Source: Candidatus Latescibacterota bacterium (GTDB lineage: Bacteria; Latescibacterota; UBA2968; UBA8231). Taken from it: a stretch of DNA of 64,000 nt. Below are positions 28,301-38,300 of this stretch, one piece after another. A model generated the notes under the pieces. The model had not been told where the DNA came from. It worked only from the letters and a program-made list of their open reading frames with translations, and did not search any database. The stretch spans positions 1,632,001-1,696,000 of the forward strand of contig CBDFJF010000002.1 in NCBI GenBank assembly GCA_965248265.1. The letters run 5' to 3'. Position 1 is the stretch's first letter; every line of letters starts with the position of its first letter. The position numbers were made by a program, and so were the translations under genes.

Positions 28301-29449
28301 TCATATCCGCTTGCTGATTCCGTGTACGGGTATCGCTGAATTTGGCCGGAGCACTCCGATTGGAAGGCCGACAGAATACTCGCACGCCCGGTACAGTTTC
28401 AGGGCAGACTCGTTAGGGGCCGCAACGCGAGCCCGGATTTCCTTCACGCCGCGAGTGCTGAGCCAGGATTCGGCTTCTGCGAGTAAGCCTCTTGCAGCCC
28501 CTTGGCGGCGGTGAGCCGGTGAAACGAACAACCCCCAGAGGTAGCCGGAAGATGGATCCTCATCGGATATGCCGAATCCACACATCGCAATGGGTTCGCC
28601 TTCATGTTCGAAATACGCAATCGACTTGCTGTGTGCCGTGACAGCATCTGATAACCATTGGGTTAGTTCCGCATCAGAGCGTTCCGCAAAGGCTTCAGCA
28701 GTTTCACCAAAGGCATCAGGGTCATTCTGCAGAGCCTTCATCCGTATTCTGCGGAAACGATCGGTATCTTCAGCTGTGAAGTGTAGGACCATCGCCTTGC
28801 TCGTTACCTGTGGCTGGACGCTCGGTGACTCTCTTCCTCTCTTGCTTTGGGCGATCATCTGCTCCACGCGCTCCTTCCAAGGATGAGAGTACCATTTCTT
28901 GCGCCACTCCTCGCGGGTCGACTCCACGTCAGGGGGCGTTTGGCTCCCGTAGCTTAGGGCATCCAAGAAGGACATGATGTTGCTGAGTTTGCCCTCTATG
29001 ATGGAGCAGACTCCAGGACGACCACTCTCACCGTGATACCGATGGATAAGCGTGTCGATCAGGATGAGCCGCTCCCTGGGTGATCGAGCAGCGCTGAAAC
29101 GCCGTACGAACTCCTCGAGTTGTGACTTCATGCGGCCCGCGAACAAGTGTTTGTACTTGATGGTCTTCCGGTAAGCTTCCCAGGGGCATCGCCACTCACA
29201 CTCGGCGCACTCCAACCACTGCCGCTCGTGCTCGACGGTCGCTCCACAGGCCGCACAGGGGGCACGTCCGCTGACGGCGTCTGTGGCGGCCAGGATGCTC
29301 TCGGCCCTCGCAAGCAACGCGTAGCCCACCTCATTGATCAATTCCTCGTCGACGAGGCCTTTCCCGGAGCTTTCGTAGAACCTGGAGATCATCACCTTGC
29401 GGAGGCGCGGGGCCCAGGCCGGCAGTCCGTATTCAGTGTCGTTACTCAT
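28301..29449 (-). CDS. Cys-rich (CxxC..CxxC) hypothetical domain fused to a GNAT acetyltransferase
   Basis: CAAC and CAEC pairs in the N-terminal half; VSPAHRRQGAA and NESALKLY in the C-terminal half. Confidence 0.75.
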   Translation of the reverse strand: MSNDTEYGLPAWAPRLRKVMISRFYESSGKGLVDEELINEVGYALLARAESILAATDAVSGRAPCAACGATVEHERQWLECAECEWRCPWEAYRKTIKYKHLFAGRMKSQLEEFVRRFSAARSPRERLILIDTLIHRYHGESGRPGVCSIIEGKLSNIMSFLDALSYGSQTPPDVESTREEWRKKWYSHPWKERVEQMIAQSKRGRESPSVQPQVTSKAMVLHFTAEDTDRFRRIRMKALQNDPDAFGETAEAFAERSDAELTQWLSDAVTAHSKSIAYFEHEGEPIAMCGFGISDEDPSSGYLWGLFVSPAHRRQGAARGLLAEAESWLSTRGVKEIRARVAAPNESALKLYRACEYSVGLPIGVLRPNSAIPVHGISKRI

Positions 29450-29577
29450 TCAGCAGTTAGTGTATTTGGGTGAGGACCGGAGACTCTGAGCCGTGAGCCC
29501 ATCCACAAACTGCGGGCGGTCGACACTGTCACCCAGAGATCTCCGACCTCTACATTCAGGCGTGAGCAGGCGCTGAT

Positions 29578-30693
29578 CTACCAGTTGGTGAGCGAACCGT
29601 CGGCCCTGTGGTAGCGCGGGCCGTGGCCGGGTTTGAACGAGTACGCCGCCGCCGCCTCTTCGTCGAACTCGATGCCCAGCCCCGGCCCTTCGGGGGCCAG
29701 CAGGTATCCTGCCTTGTACGGGACTTGCAGCGGAAACAAGTCCTCCATCACAGTCCGGCCGATCAGGCCGCCTTCCTGCACTGCGAAGTTGTCGACGGAG
29801 ATTCCGAGGTGCAGGCACGCAGCGGCTGACACCGGGCCCAGCGGGTTGTGCGGAGCGATCTTGATGTAGTGGGTCTCGCACCAGTTGGCGATCTTGCGGG
29901 CCTCCGTGAGCCCCCCGACGATTCCCAGGTCGACGCGGGCGTAGTCGAGGAGTTCCTCCTCGATCAGTTGGCGGAACTCCCACTTGGTGGCGAAGTGCTC
30001 GCCCACGGCCAGCGGACAGGGCACGTGCCTTCTGACGGTGCGGTAGCTCTGCGGATTCTCACAGCGCAGCGGGTCTTCGATGAAGAACGGGTCGTAGGGT
30101 TCGAGCCGGCGCCCCAGGCGGATGGTGTCGGGTGTATCCAGACGGGTGTGGACATCCATGATGAGCTCGATTTCCGGGCCAACGGCTTCCCGCACCGCTG
30201 CGAACGCCTCGACCGAGTCGCGAATGGCGGCCACCGGCTCGAGGATTCCGTCGCGAGCCTTCAGGCTCATACGCAGGTAGCGCCAACCCTCCTCGACCCT
30301 CTCCCTGGCGCGTTCGGGGGTGCCCGCACCGGTGTAGCAGACCACCCGGTCGCGCAGCTTGCCCCCGAGCAGCATGTACACCGGTTGGCCGAGGGCCTTG
30401 CCCTTGATGTCCCAAAGGGCGACATCGATAGCGCTCTGGGCCGCCATGTTGATGCGGCCACCGGGGAAGAAGTCACCCCTCAGCAGCAGCTGCCACAGGT
30501 ACTCGGTGTTGAGTGGATCCTGGCCGATCAGGTCCGTCTTCATTTGCTCGATGGCGCCGATGCCAGCCTGCTCCTTCCAGGTCAGACCGAACTCCCCCAT
30601 CCCGTAGAGGCCCTCGTCGGTTTCGACCTTGACGAACATGTAGTTGCGCGATCCGTGGAACACGGGGAAGCACCTGACGTCGGTGATTTTCAT
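29578..30693 (-). CDS. Mandelate racemase/galactonate dehydratase-like enolase-superfamily enzyme
   Basis: MKITDV, DVALWDIKGK, DVHTR, FIEDP, GE, PHNP, PGLGIE. Confidence 0.93.
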   Translation of the reverse strand: MKITDVRCFPVFHGSRNYMFVKVETDEGLYGMGEFGLTWKEQAGIGAIEQMKTDLIGQDPLNTEYLWQLLLRGDFFPGGRINMAAQSAIDVALWDIKGKALGQPVYMLLGGKLRDRVVCYTGAGTPERARERVEEGWRYLRMSLKARDGILEPVAAIRDSVEAFAAVREAVGPEIELIMDVHTRLDTPDTIRLGRRLEPYDPFFIEDPLRCENPQSYRTVRRHVPCPLAVGEHFATKWEFRQLIEEELLDYARVDLGIVGGLTEARKIANWCETHYIKIAPHNPLGPVSAAACLHLGISVDNFAVQEGGLIGRTVMEDLFPLQVPYKAGYLLAPEGPGLGIEFDEEAAAAYSFKPGHGPRYHRADGSLTNW

Positions 30694-30729
30694 CGTTTCC
30701 GCTCGCTTTCTGGCGTGTGGAGGCCGTCA

Positions 30730-31455
30730 TCAATTCATGGTCTTGCCGACGACTATTGTGCGGTGGCTTGACCGGCCGAAGGGACCTCCGCCGCGCGAGC
30801 CGTAGTACGCCTCGACCGACAAACCCGCTAGTTCGAACATGTCGCGAAGTTCACCTGGCGTGTACAATCGGATCGACGACACGTTGCTCGGACTCTCCAC
30901 ACCGCGGATTATCCATCGAGTGATTACGCGCTGTGTGTCGGCGTCCCACCGCGTCCTCAACAGGACGGTGCCGTAGGCACGCTCCGGGATGAAGTTACGC
31001 AGGATGCGCTCCCTGTTCGGTTGATCGATCAGCAGCCGTCCCCCTCGGCGCAAGGCACGTGCGTAGGCAGCGATTACTGCCGCATTATCAGCGTCGGAGA
31101 AGTACCCGAAACTACCGAACCAATTGAACACGCCGCTGAACTCTTTGTCGAATCCTATGTCACGTAAGTCTTGGACACGGAACTCTCCGCTCAACCCATG
31201 CCGACGAAATCTACTACGGGCCCGATTGATGAACACCTTCCGCAGATCGACACCAGTGACCCTGCAACCGGCGAGCGCCAGGTGGAAAGCAATACGACCA
31301 GCGCCGCAGGGGGCATCAAGCACGGAACTGCCCATCCGCAAACGGAGCGCTTTCTTGATGAATCGTGCTTCGTCAGCACCAATATGAGTTGGTCGTAACC
31401 ATTGGCCAATGTCAAGGGTCTCATACCAATTGTCGGGAGACTCGTTGCTCATCAT
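30730..31455 (-). CDS. Class I SAM-dependent methyltransferase
   Basis: VLDAPCGAGR, SFGYF, LRRGGRLLID. Confidence 0.88.
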   Translation of the reverse strand: MMSNESPDNWYETLDIGQWLRPTHIGADEARFIKKALRLRMGSSVLDAPCGAGRIAFHLALAGCRVTGVDLRKVFINRARSRFRRHGLSGEFRVQDLRDIGFDKEFSGVFNWFGSFGYFSDADNAAVIAAYARALRRGGRLLIDQPNRERILRNFIPERAYGTVLLRTRWDADTQRVITRWIIRGVESPSNVSSIRLYTPGELRDMFELAGLSVEAYYGSRGGGPFGRSSHRTIVVGKTMN

Positions 31456-31597
31456 CTATCGGACGTAAGCGATCGTGCCACCAGCGACTGGACGGTTGAG
31501 TAAATCTCCCTCGAATCAGATGTCGAGAATCCTCTTGTCCGTGCCCTGTCCTCGCACTCTCGGATCAGCTGAGTGCCCAATTCACCAGCCACGCTAA

Positions 31598-32320
31598 TCA
31601 TTTCCATTCCACCACGATTTCGATACGGCGGTTGAGAGCCTTGTTCTCGGGTGTGTCGTTGTTGGCGATCGGACGCTCCGCACCATAGCCGCGTGCCTCA
31701 ACCAGGCTTGGCGTGATGAAGTCGTAGTTTTCTTCCAGAATCATCTCAATGGCTCTGGCCCGTTTCAGCGACAGCTCCTTGTTCGAATGCGCATCACCGT
31801 CCGAATCGGTGTGCCCATCAATGAAAAACCTGGACGGTGAATGGAGCATTATGAACGTGGCCATTTTGTCGAATTCCTGTGCGGCGCCGGCTTTCAGGCC
31901 GGTACCCTGAGCGAACAACACGCTTGAGTCGAGGAGGAGACAGGGCACGACGACATCCCCCTTCATGGCCACTTCATACTCTATCAGTAGGCTGTCCATG
32001 GCGGACGTGTTGGGTTCGAAAATGCCGAGGGACGAGTCCTGATGTGCTTCCATGATGATCAGGGTCCCGATGAAGACACGCCGCGGCTGTGAATCTTGTT
32101 GCGAAAGACGCTTTTCACGGTAGACATTGAGCGTGGCACCCTTGTTGATATTCGATTCCAGCCCCCGGTCGATGTAGTACTGACGCTCACTGCTCGCTCC
32201 CTCCACTGTGGCCCCATGATTGAATGCGTCAATGACATGAATGACGCGTGGTGCTTCCGCGTTCGCCGCCAAGCCGACAGCGATCAACCCCACTGTTGCC
32301 AATGCTGCGAGGTGTCCCAT
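31598..32320 (-). CDS. OmpA-C domain protein with a FlgT-C-like N-terminal domain
   Basis: Signal peptide; DGHTD, LSLKRA, GYGAERP, NRRIE; exact start uncertain. Confidence 0.8.
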   Translation of the reverse strand: MGHLAALATVGLIAVGLAANAEAPRVIHVIDAFNHGATVEGASSERQYYIDRGLESNINKGATLNVYREKRLSQQDSQPRRVFIGTLIIMEAHQDSSLGIFEPNTSAMDSLLIEYEVAMKGDVVVPCLLLDSSVLFAQGTGLKAGAAQEFDKMATFIMLHSPSRFFIDGHTDSDGDAHSNKELSLKRARAIEMILEENYDFITPSLVEARGYGAERPIANNDTPENKALNRRIEIVVEWK

Positions 32321-32456
32321 TCGACAGGTGAAAGTGGGGATGGACACTGATCGAGTTTGACATGATCCTGATTCGTATCCAGTGGCGCTCATGGGACGTC
32401 TCAGTCTACCGTAAAGCAAGGAGGAGATCCCCGCAGCGGGGAGCTGCCGCCAGACG

Positions 32457-33341
32457 CTACCTGCCAGCCGTTGCCTTGAGTGCGCCCCAGGAGGTGAACT
32501 CGACCGCCGTTGGGTCTTCACTGAAGTCAGTTAGCCGTAAGACCTGGGTAAAAATCAACTCTTCAGCCCCCTCTATACCCTCAGGGGGTTGCGTGGTGGC
32601 CTGTTGCACCATCGCTACCTGTCCGACCCGAGGCGCAAACCACGCCCACTGGTCGATTCTCTGCGCCAGGATCAGCGGTTCCTCGCCTTCCGCTTGCATG
32701 TTGAGAAGTGCGTCAATTCCAACGTGCAGGCGAAGCGCATCGAAGGTTCCAGCTGGCACCGAAACCTGACCCCAGGCGTCGACTTCACCAACCATGTCGT
32801 AGGTGCCCGTCATCCTAAGACCCAGTAATTCGATATCGACCGGAACCTGGATCGGGGCAAGGCTCTTTCCAAACGTGAGCGGGTAGAAATCTTGAAACTG
32901 GTCTAAATCAGACCCCTCGGTGGGCGAGGAAATGAGGTCGCTCAACCCCGACGGCAGTTCGGCGCCACCTGTCCCGAGAAGAATCGGTTGCGAAGCGTTC
33001 TTGAAGTAATAGTAGACTTCCCCGACCTGGTCGTCCGTTGACTTCACGACGTAATCGGCCTCGGGATAATCACCTGCCTCCGGTGCCGAAGCCGGATCGA
33101 GCACATCCGACGCCACCATCGATGTGACCAACGGCTCTACCATGAAGTCTCCGGCGAGATCCAGCTGGTTGGCCTCTCCCACCTCGAGATCGATTCCCAG
33201 CTCGGTTAATGAAACTGGGAAGAAGTCCAGCCTCATCACAACATGGTCACCGATATGGGGTACGGCGTCAGCTGCGTCTATCGTCACCTGTGCATGTACC
33301 GTCGACCATGCCAATAGGAAAGCTGCGATGAATCGGATCAT
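32457..33341 (-). CDS. Secreted hypothetical protein with a C-terminal TSWGALK motif
   Basis: Signal peptide MIRFIAAFLLAWSTVHA; VSVPAGTF; ends TAVEFTSWGALKATAGR. Confidence 0.75.
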   Translation of the reverse strand: MIRFIAAFLLAWSTVHAQVTIDAADAVPHIGDHVVMRLDFFPVSLTELGIDLEVGEANQLDLAGDFMVEPLVTSMVASDVLDPASAPEAGDYPEADYVVKSTDDQVGEVYYYFKNASQPILLGTGGAELPSGLSDLISSPTEGSDLDQFQDFYPLTFGKSLAPIQVPVDIELLGLRMTGTYDMVGEVDAWGQVSVPAGTFDALRLHVGIDALLNMQAEGEEPLILAQRIDQWAWFAPRVGQVAMVQQATTQPPEGIEGAEELIFTQVLRLTDFSEDPTAVEFTSWGALKATAGR

Positions 33342-33431
33342 TGGATGCCCCATTATCTTGTGAGCGTGCTCCCGATGGTCACTTTCGCTTGGCAATATAG
33401 TGGAAGCCACCGAAATATTCGGGGAGTTTTT

Positions 33432-34341
33432 TCAACACCCGGAGAATTCATTCAACTGGTGATCAGCCGATCTGGTATACTCCTCCAGTAACTTACTCCC
33501 ACGGTGATACGCCCAGCTGAGAGAATCAATTGAAAACACTGCTGAGAAGAGTCGAATGAGAGTGTCATTCTCTTGTTTTTCGGTCGAATCCGGAAAATAG
33601 CCAGCCCTGAATGACCGGTACCTCAGAGTTCATTCCCCACCAGTTCGAAATCCACGCCAACTGCATTTCAGGGACAAGTCCAGATTCCCCCATCTCCCAG
33701 TCGATTAGATAGATGTCTCCGTCGGGTTGAAAGATGCAGTGTTCGGGACCAATATCGAGCAGAATCAGGCCTATATCCCAATCGTCATCTTTCAAATCCA
33801 TGAAAGCCTCATAAACGCAGGCAACCTTTTTCGAATCAAACAGCTCAAGTTCGGATAATAACTTGAAGCCTTCCTGTGCTACCGAGGTCTGATAGTCAAT
33901 CCAGTTCATTGAGAATTGCTTTGTCGTCCGATTCGATACCCTCGTTCCAAATCCGCGAGTCTCGATTCTGTTGACTTTTCGCGCCACGGAGCCAATTCGC
34001 TTCCATAGATCGTTTACAGGAATTGGCAGCTTATCTCCGCTGGTTCCACCGATAAATTCTTCGACCATGTAGGCGAAATCGCCCTTTACTCCATTCGAGA
34101 TGACCTTTGGCACATTGATGCCATACTCAGCGCCCCACTCAATTTTGGCTTGTTCAGATATGAAATCCTGATCCGGATCTTCTCGTTCATTCAATCGGAT
34201 TACGAATTCACCTTGAGAGGAGTCAATGCGAAAGACTGTATTGATCTGGCCCCCGTCGAGGTTGGAGATCGAGATATTGGGACCGAATTCAGCCTCGGAA
34301 ATCGCTTTCGCAATCTCTTCGATTCGATTTATGTCAGACAT
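33432..34341 (-). pseudogene. Aminoglycoside phosphotransferase-like kinase, frameshifted near 33620
   Basis: GGQINTVF, VPKV, LIDWE; an APH-like tail (YRSFRAGY...LSWAY) continues in another frame to TGA 33432; low GC. Confidence 0.7.
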
Positions 34342-34665
34342 GGGCAAAGCCATCCTGTCTCCGGCCAAGTACGAATCCAGTGTGACGTTGTGTAGTGAAA
34401 CTAGTGTATTGTCACGTGGGGTATTCCCATCGGCTGCCCTTACGGCGGAGGTCACCTGGGCAGCCTTAGTCAAAGCAACCGTGCGCGCTGAGGCAACTCG
34501 GTGGTAACGCATCACATTGAGCCCTAGCGCAATCCGTTCTTGACCGCCCAACGTCGAGAGGGAGGCAATGCTGCCTCACGGCATCGCCATCAAGTTTGGA
34601 ATGCAGGTCACGGATGTTTAACGTTCATTGAAGGCCCCTTTCAGCTGAACACCAGGGAGGCGATC

Positions 34666-35256
34666 ATGAGACTCCGCAATTGCGCAATGGCCCTAACTGT
34701 TCTTGCAACCACATCGTGGGCTGACGGTTTTGACGTCCAGGGTGGCGGTCCAGAGTCCAGGTTCGGCATCACTGCAATCGGGATCGATCCATTCAACCCG
34801 AGCGTGCTGTTCGCCGGAAACGACGACGGCGGACTCTACAAGAGCATGGACCGCGGCGAGAGCTGGAGTACTCTCTGGCCGATGGAGGCCAAAGACGACG
34901 GCCTGTATCTGCGCTATATACGACAGATCGCCATCCACCCTGTGAGTACGCGTGTTTACGTCTCTTCAGACAACCTGTATCTCAGTGACGACGGCGGAAC
35001 GACGTGGCGGACCGTACCGGGCAGGCTGCACGTGGTTATCGATCCGATCGATCCCGATATCGTGTACGCCACGGAGCCCGACGGCTTCTACCGAAGCACC
35101 GATGGCGGTATCAATTGGACGAAGATCCACGAGGGCGGTCCATCAGCCGTCGTCATCGATCCCTTGAATCCAAGCATTGTCTATTCAGCCATGCGGGCCA
35201 TCGAGCGCGACGTCCTCCGTTTTACGTTCGACGGGTCCAAGACTGCTGTAGGCTAG
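34666..35256 (+). CDS. BNR/Asp-box repeat (beta-propeller) protein, probably C-terminally truncated
   Basis: GGAGG RBS; signal peptide; three S.D.G..W Asp-boxes; only 196 aa. Confidence 0.75.
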   Translation: MRLRNCAMALTVLATTSWADGFDVQGGGPESRFGITAIGIDPFNPSVLFAGNDDGGLYKSMDRGESWSTLWPMEAKDDGLYLRYIRQIAIHPVSTRVYVSSDNLYLSDDGGTTWRTVPGRLHVVIDPIDPDIVYATEPDGFYRSTDGGINWTKIHEGGPSAVVIDPLNPSIVYSAMRAIERDVLRFTFDGSKTAVG

Positions 35257-35315
35257 ATCTCCTGGGGCGAAAGAATGGGCAAGTACACGCTTGATCGGGG
35301 AATGATACAAATCGT

Positions 35316-38300
35316 TTGATGAAATACGCCGGAGCATTGTGCCTTCTCGCGTCCTGTCTGGTGTTGGTTGCCGCAGAGGTCGGTGCGCAGAACGGCATCC
35401 GCCTGCGCGAGCAGGGCACAAACAGTGATGAGGTCGAGCTCGAAATCGGAGAGAGGATAACGATCGAGATCCTCGCCGATTTGGGCAACGTTGGTGCTTC
35501 CGGGATCTCCGTCTTCATCACCGTCCCGAGAGACAACTTCCACATCGTCGACCAGAGGGAGGTCGACGAAGCCGCCGGGGATACGACCAGACAGGCCAAC
35601 GCCGGCACTCAGCCTTTCATAGCCGGACCCCTGTTCGAGGAAGCCGGGGAATCGCGTAATCTGCTCAACTCTCCCGATGACGTCGTCAACATCTCCGACG
35701 ATCTCAGGCTGTTAGAATACGCGGTCGTCTTCGGCGCCACTGGGGATCGGAGCCGAACCGGCTCCGGGGTCGTTGCCTCCTTCCAGCTGCAGGCCATCCG
35801 ACCGACCCAGCATTCGGAGATCAGAATCCTCACCAGCCCGATTTACGAGACGCGGATCACGCTTCCCGAGGGTGGTGAACGGCAATTCAAGTCGTCGCCG
35901 CAGGGAATGCAAATCAGCGTCCTCGGCCTCGAGCTGCTCGACATTCCCGATGTCATCCTGCTGCCGGGGGAGGCCGATTCGGTGCAGATCGGGTCCCTCA
36001 ACCAATACGTGTCGAATGTCCTGTCGGATATCGACTCGCTGCAGTGGTCGTTCTCTTCCCCGGTACCGAGTGACAGCCTCGAGATCGAGATCGATGCAAC
36101 CGACGAGAACACGGTCAAGGTCCGACCGCTCCTGGAGTGGTCCGGTAGTACTCGGGTTACGTGGACGGTAGTCGATTCCATCGCCGGGGCCCGATTCGTG
36201 GGTCCGACACCCTCAGCCAGCGAGTTCTCCGACATCATCGTCAACAACCCGCCCGAGTTCGTACGCGATCGTCTCGGCCGCCCCTTGGTCAGCGGACCGG
36301 ACGGGGTCAAGCGGGATACCGTGCGCTTCCGGGAAGACGAGCACATCTTCCTCAGCGAAGGCGGCTTGCTCGATTCCCGGTTGGCCTTCCGAGGGGTCGA
36401 TCTGGACTCGATGGTGGATGATCCCGATCTGTTTGACCCGGACGAGGGGCTGAGCTATCTCGTCAGTACCATCAATGTAGAGGTGGCGGAGGCGCGGGTC
36501 AGGGGCGACGACGACCAGGTGACTCATGACCTGCTGGTGTGGGCCTTACCCGATTTCTCCGGGGTCGATTCGCTACGGGTTCTCGTCCAGGACGAAGCGC
36601 GAGGGCTGGACTCCCTGCGCATCATCGTTGAGGTCGAACCGGTGGCGGATGCGCCGGAATTCATTCTCCCCACAAGCGAGCGCAATCTGCGCATCAGCCG
36701 GGGCAGCACGCGCACCTACCCGTTCGGCGACCTCGTCGAGGACCCGGACACGCCGCTCGACAGCCTTATGCTCACATGGGTGGACGATCCCGGGGGCCAT
36801 TTCTACGCCGACACGACTCGCAGCAGTGGCGAGCTACTCGTGCACATCAATGGGGATCCCCTCTTTATCGGCCAGGGCCAGGTGACGTTCGAGGTCACCG
36901 ATGGGGACAGTCTCAAAGGTACGATGGTTCTGTCCATCGAGTCCGCCGAGGCACTGCCACCCGACGTGTTCCCCTCGGAACTCCCGATCAAAATCACTCC
37001 GGGCGGTGGTCGCGTTCAGCAGAACCTGGACGATTTTGTCGAGGATCCTGACAACTCCGACAGCGAACTTACCTGGTCGGTTTTGCTCCCGCACACCAGT
37101 GACATCGACGTCGACGACGCGCGTCAGCTCAACGTCCAGGCGCCGCCTGACTTCGTCGGCTACGAGACCGTTCACTTGATCGTGTCCGACCCGTCGGACC
37201 AGTCCGACGTACTTGCTCTGAGGATCTACTCTTCTGACGGCCGGCCGGTGGTTGGTGGCATACCGGACGTCATCCTCGACCGTGGCGAGCAGAACAAGGA
37301 CATCGACCTGGACGACTACTCGTACGATTCGGACAACACGGAGCAGGAACTGACGTGGCGGGTTCTGGACGGTTTCGATCGCGACAACCTTCAGGTGGAG
37401 ATCGCGCCGCTGACGAACCTGGTCACCTACTTCGCCTCCGAAGACGCCGTATTCACCACCGAAACGGTCATTTTCCAGGTCATTGATCCCGACGACCGCT
37501 CCTGGCAGGACACCGTTCTCGTCACCGTCACCATGCCTGTGGTTGAGCCAGACCCGTTCCATATTCCGCCGCTGCAGGCGGAAGTGGGCCCAGTCCCCAC
37601 CGAATTGATCGATCTCGACGATCACCTGCAGATTTCCCCGCTCATATCGCGCGCCGGCATCACCTGGTCGATCCCAAGGCCGGGAAGGATTGGCACCGTC
37701 GTCCTCAAGGAGGGCACCTCCCGTGTGATTGCCTTCAGCGACAGTGCTGGTATCGACACGGTCGAATTCGTCGCTACCGACTCGCTCGGCAGGACACAAC
37801 GCGCGATCACGACGATACGCTATTTCGGCGAGCACGAGAGCCTGACCCTGCGGGCGATACCGGACATCACCTTCATCGCAGGAGTGGCGTCCGAGGAGCT
37901 GCAGCTGAACGACTACATCTCCGACAGGGCGACCCATCCGGATTCCCTGATCGAATGGCGCCGTGAAGTCCTGGGCGATCATGAAGGCTTCATCGTCCGG
38001 TTGAGCGAGGACAACAAGGTGCAAGCGTTGTCGGCAGACACGCTCACCGTCCAGGTCGTCTTCATCGCCTCGAACACGGCGACCGGGGTGACGGGACGGG
38101 ACACCATCAACGTGATCGCCCTGGACCCGGCGCTGGCCGTCAGCCCGCTCAAGGAGTTTCCGGAGATCGTGATCGCGGCCGGTAAGGTCGACACCACGAT
38201 CATCCTCAACGATTTCCTTCCAGATGGCTCAGAAGCCAGCACCACCAACTGGCAAGTGTCGGGTCAGATCATAACCGCGCCGTTCATCGAAACGTCGGCG

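Noticed and set aside
28300-35300. Integron cassette array or prophage in the variable region
   Set aside because: Mixed orientations, no repeated recombination sites and no phage genes
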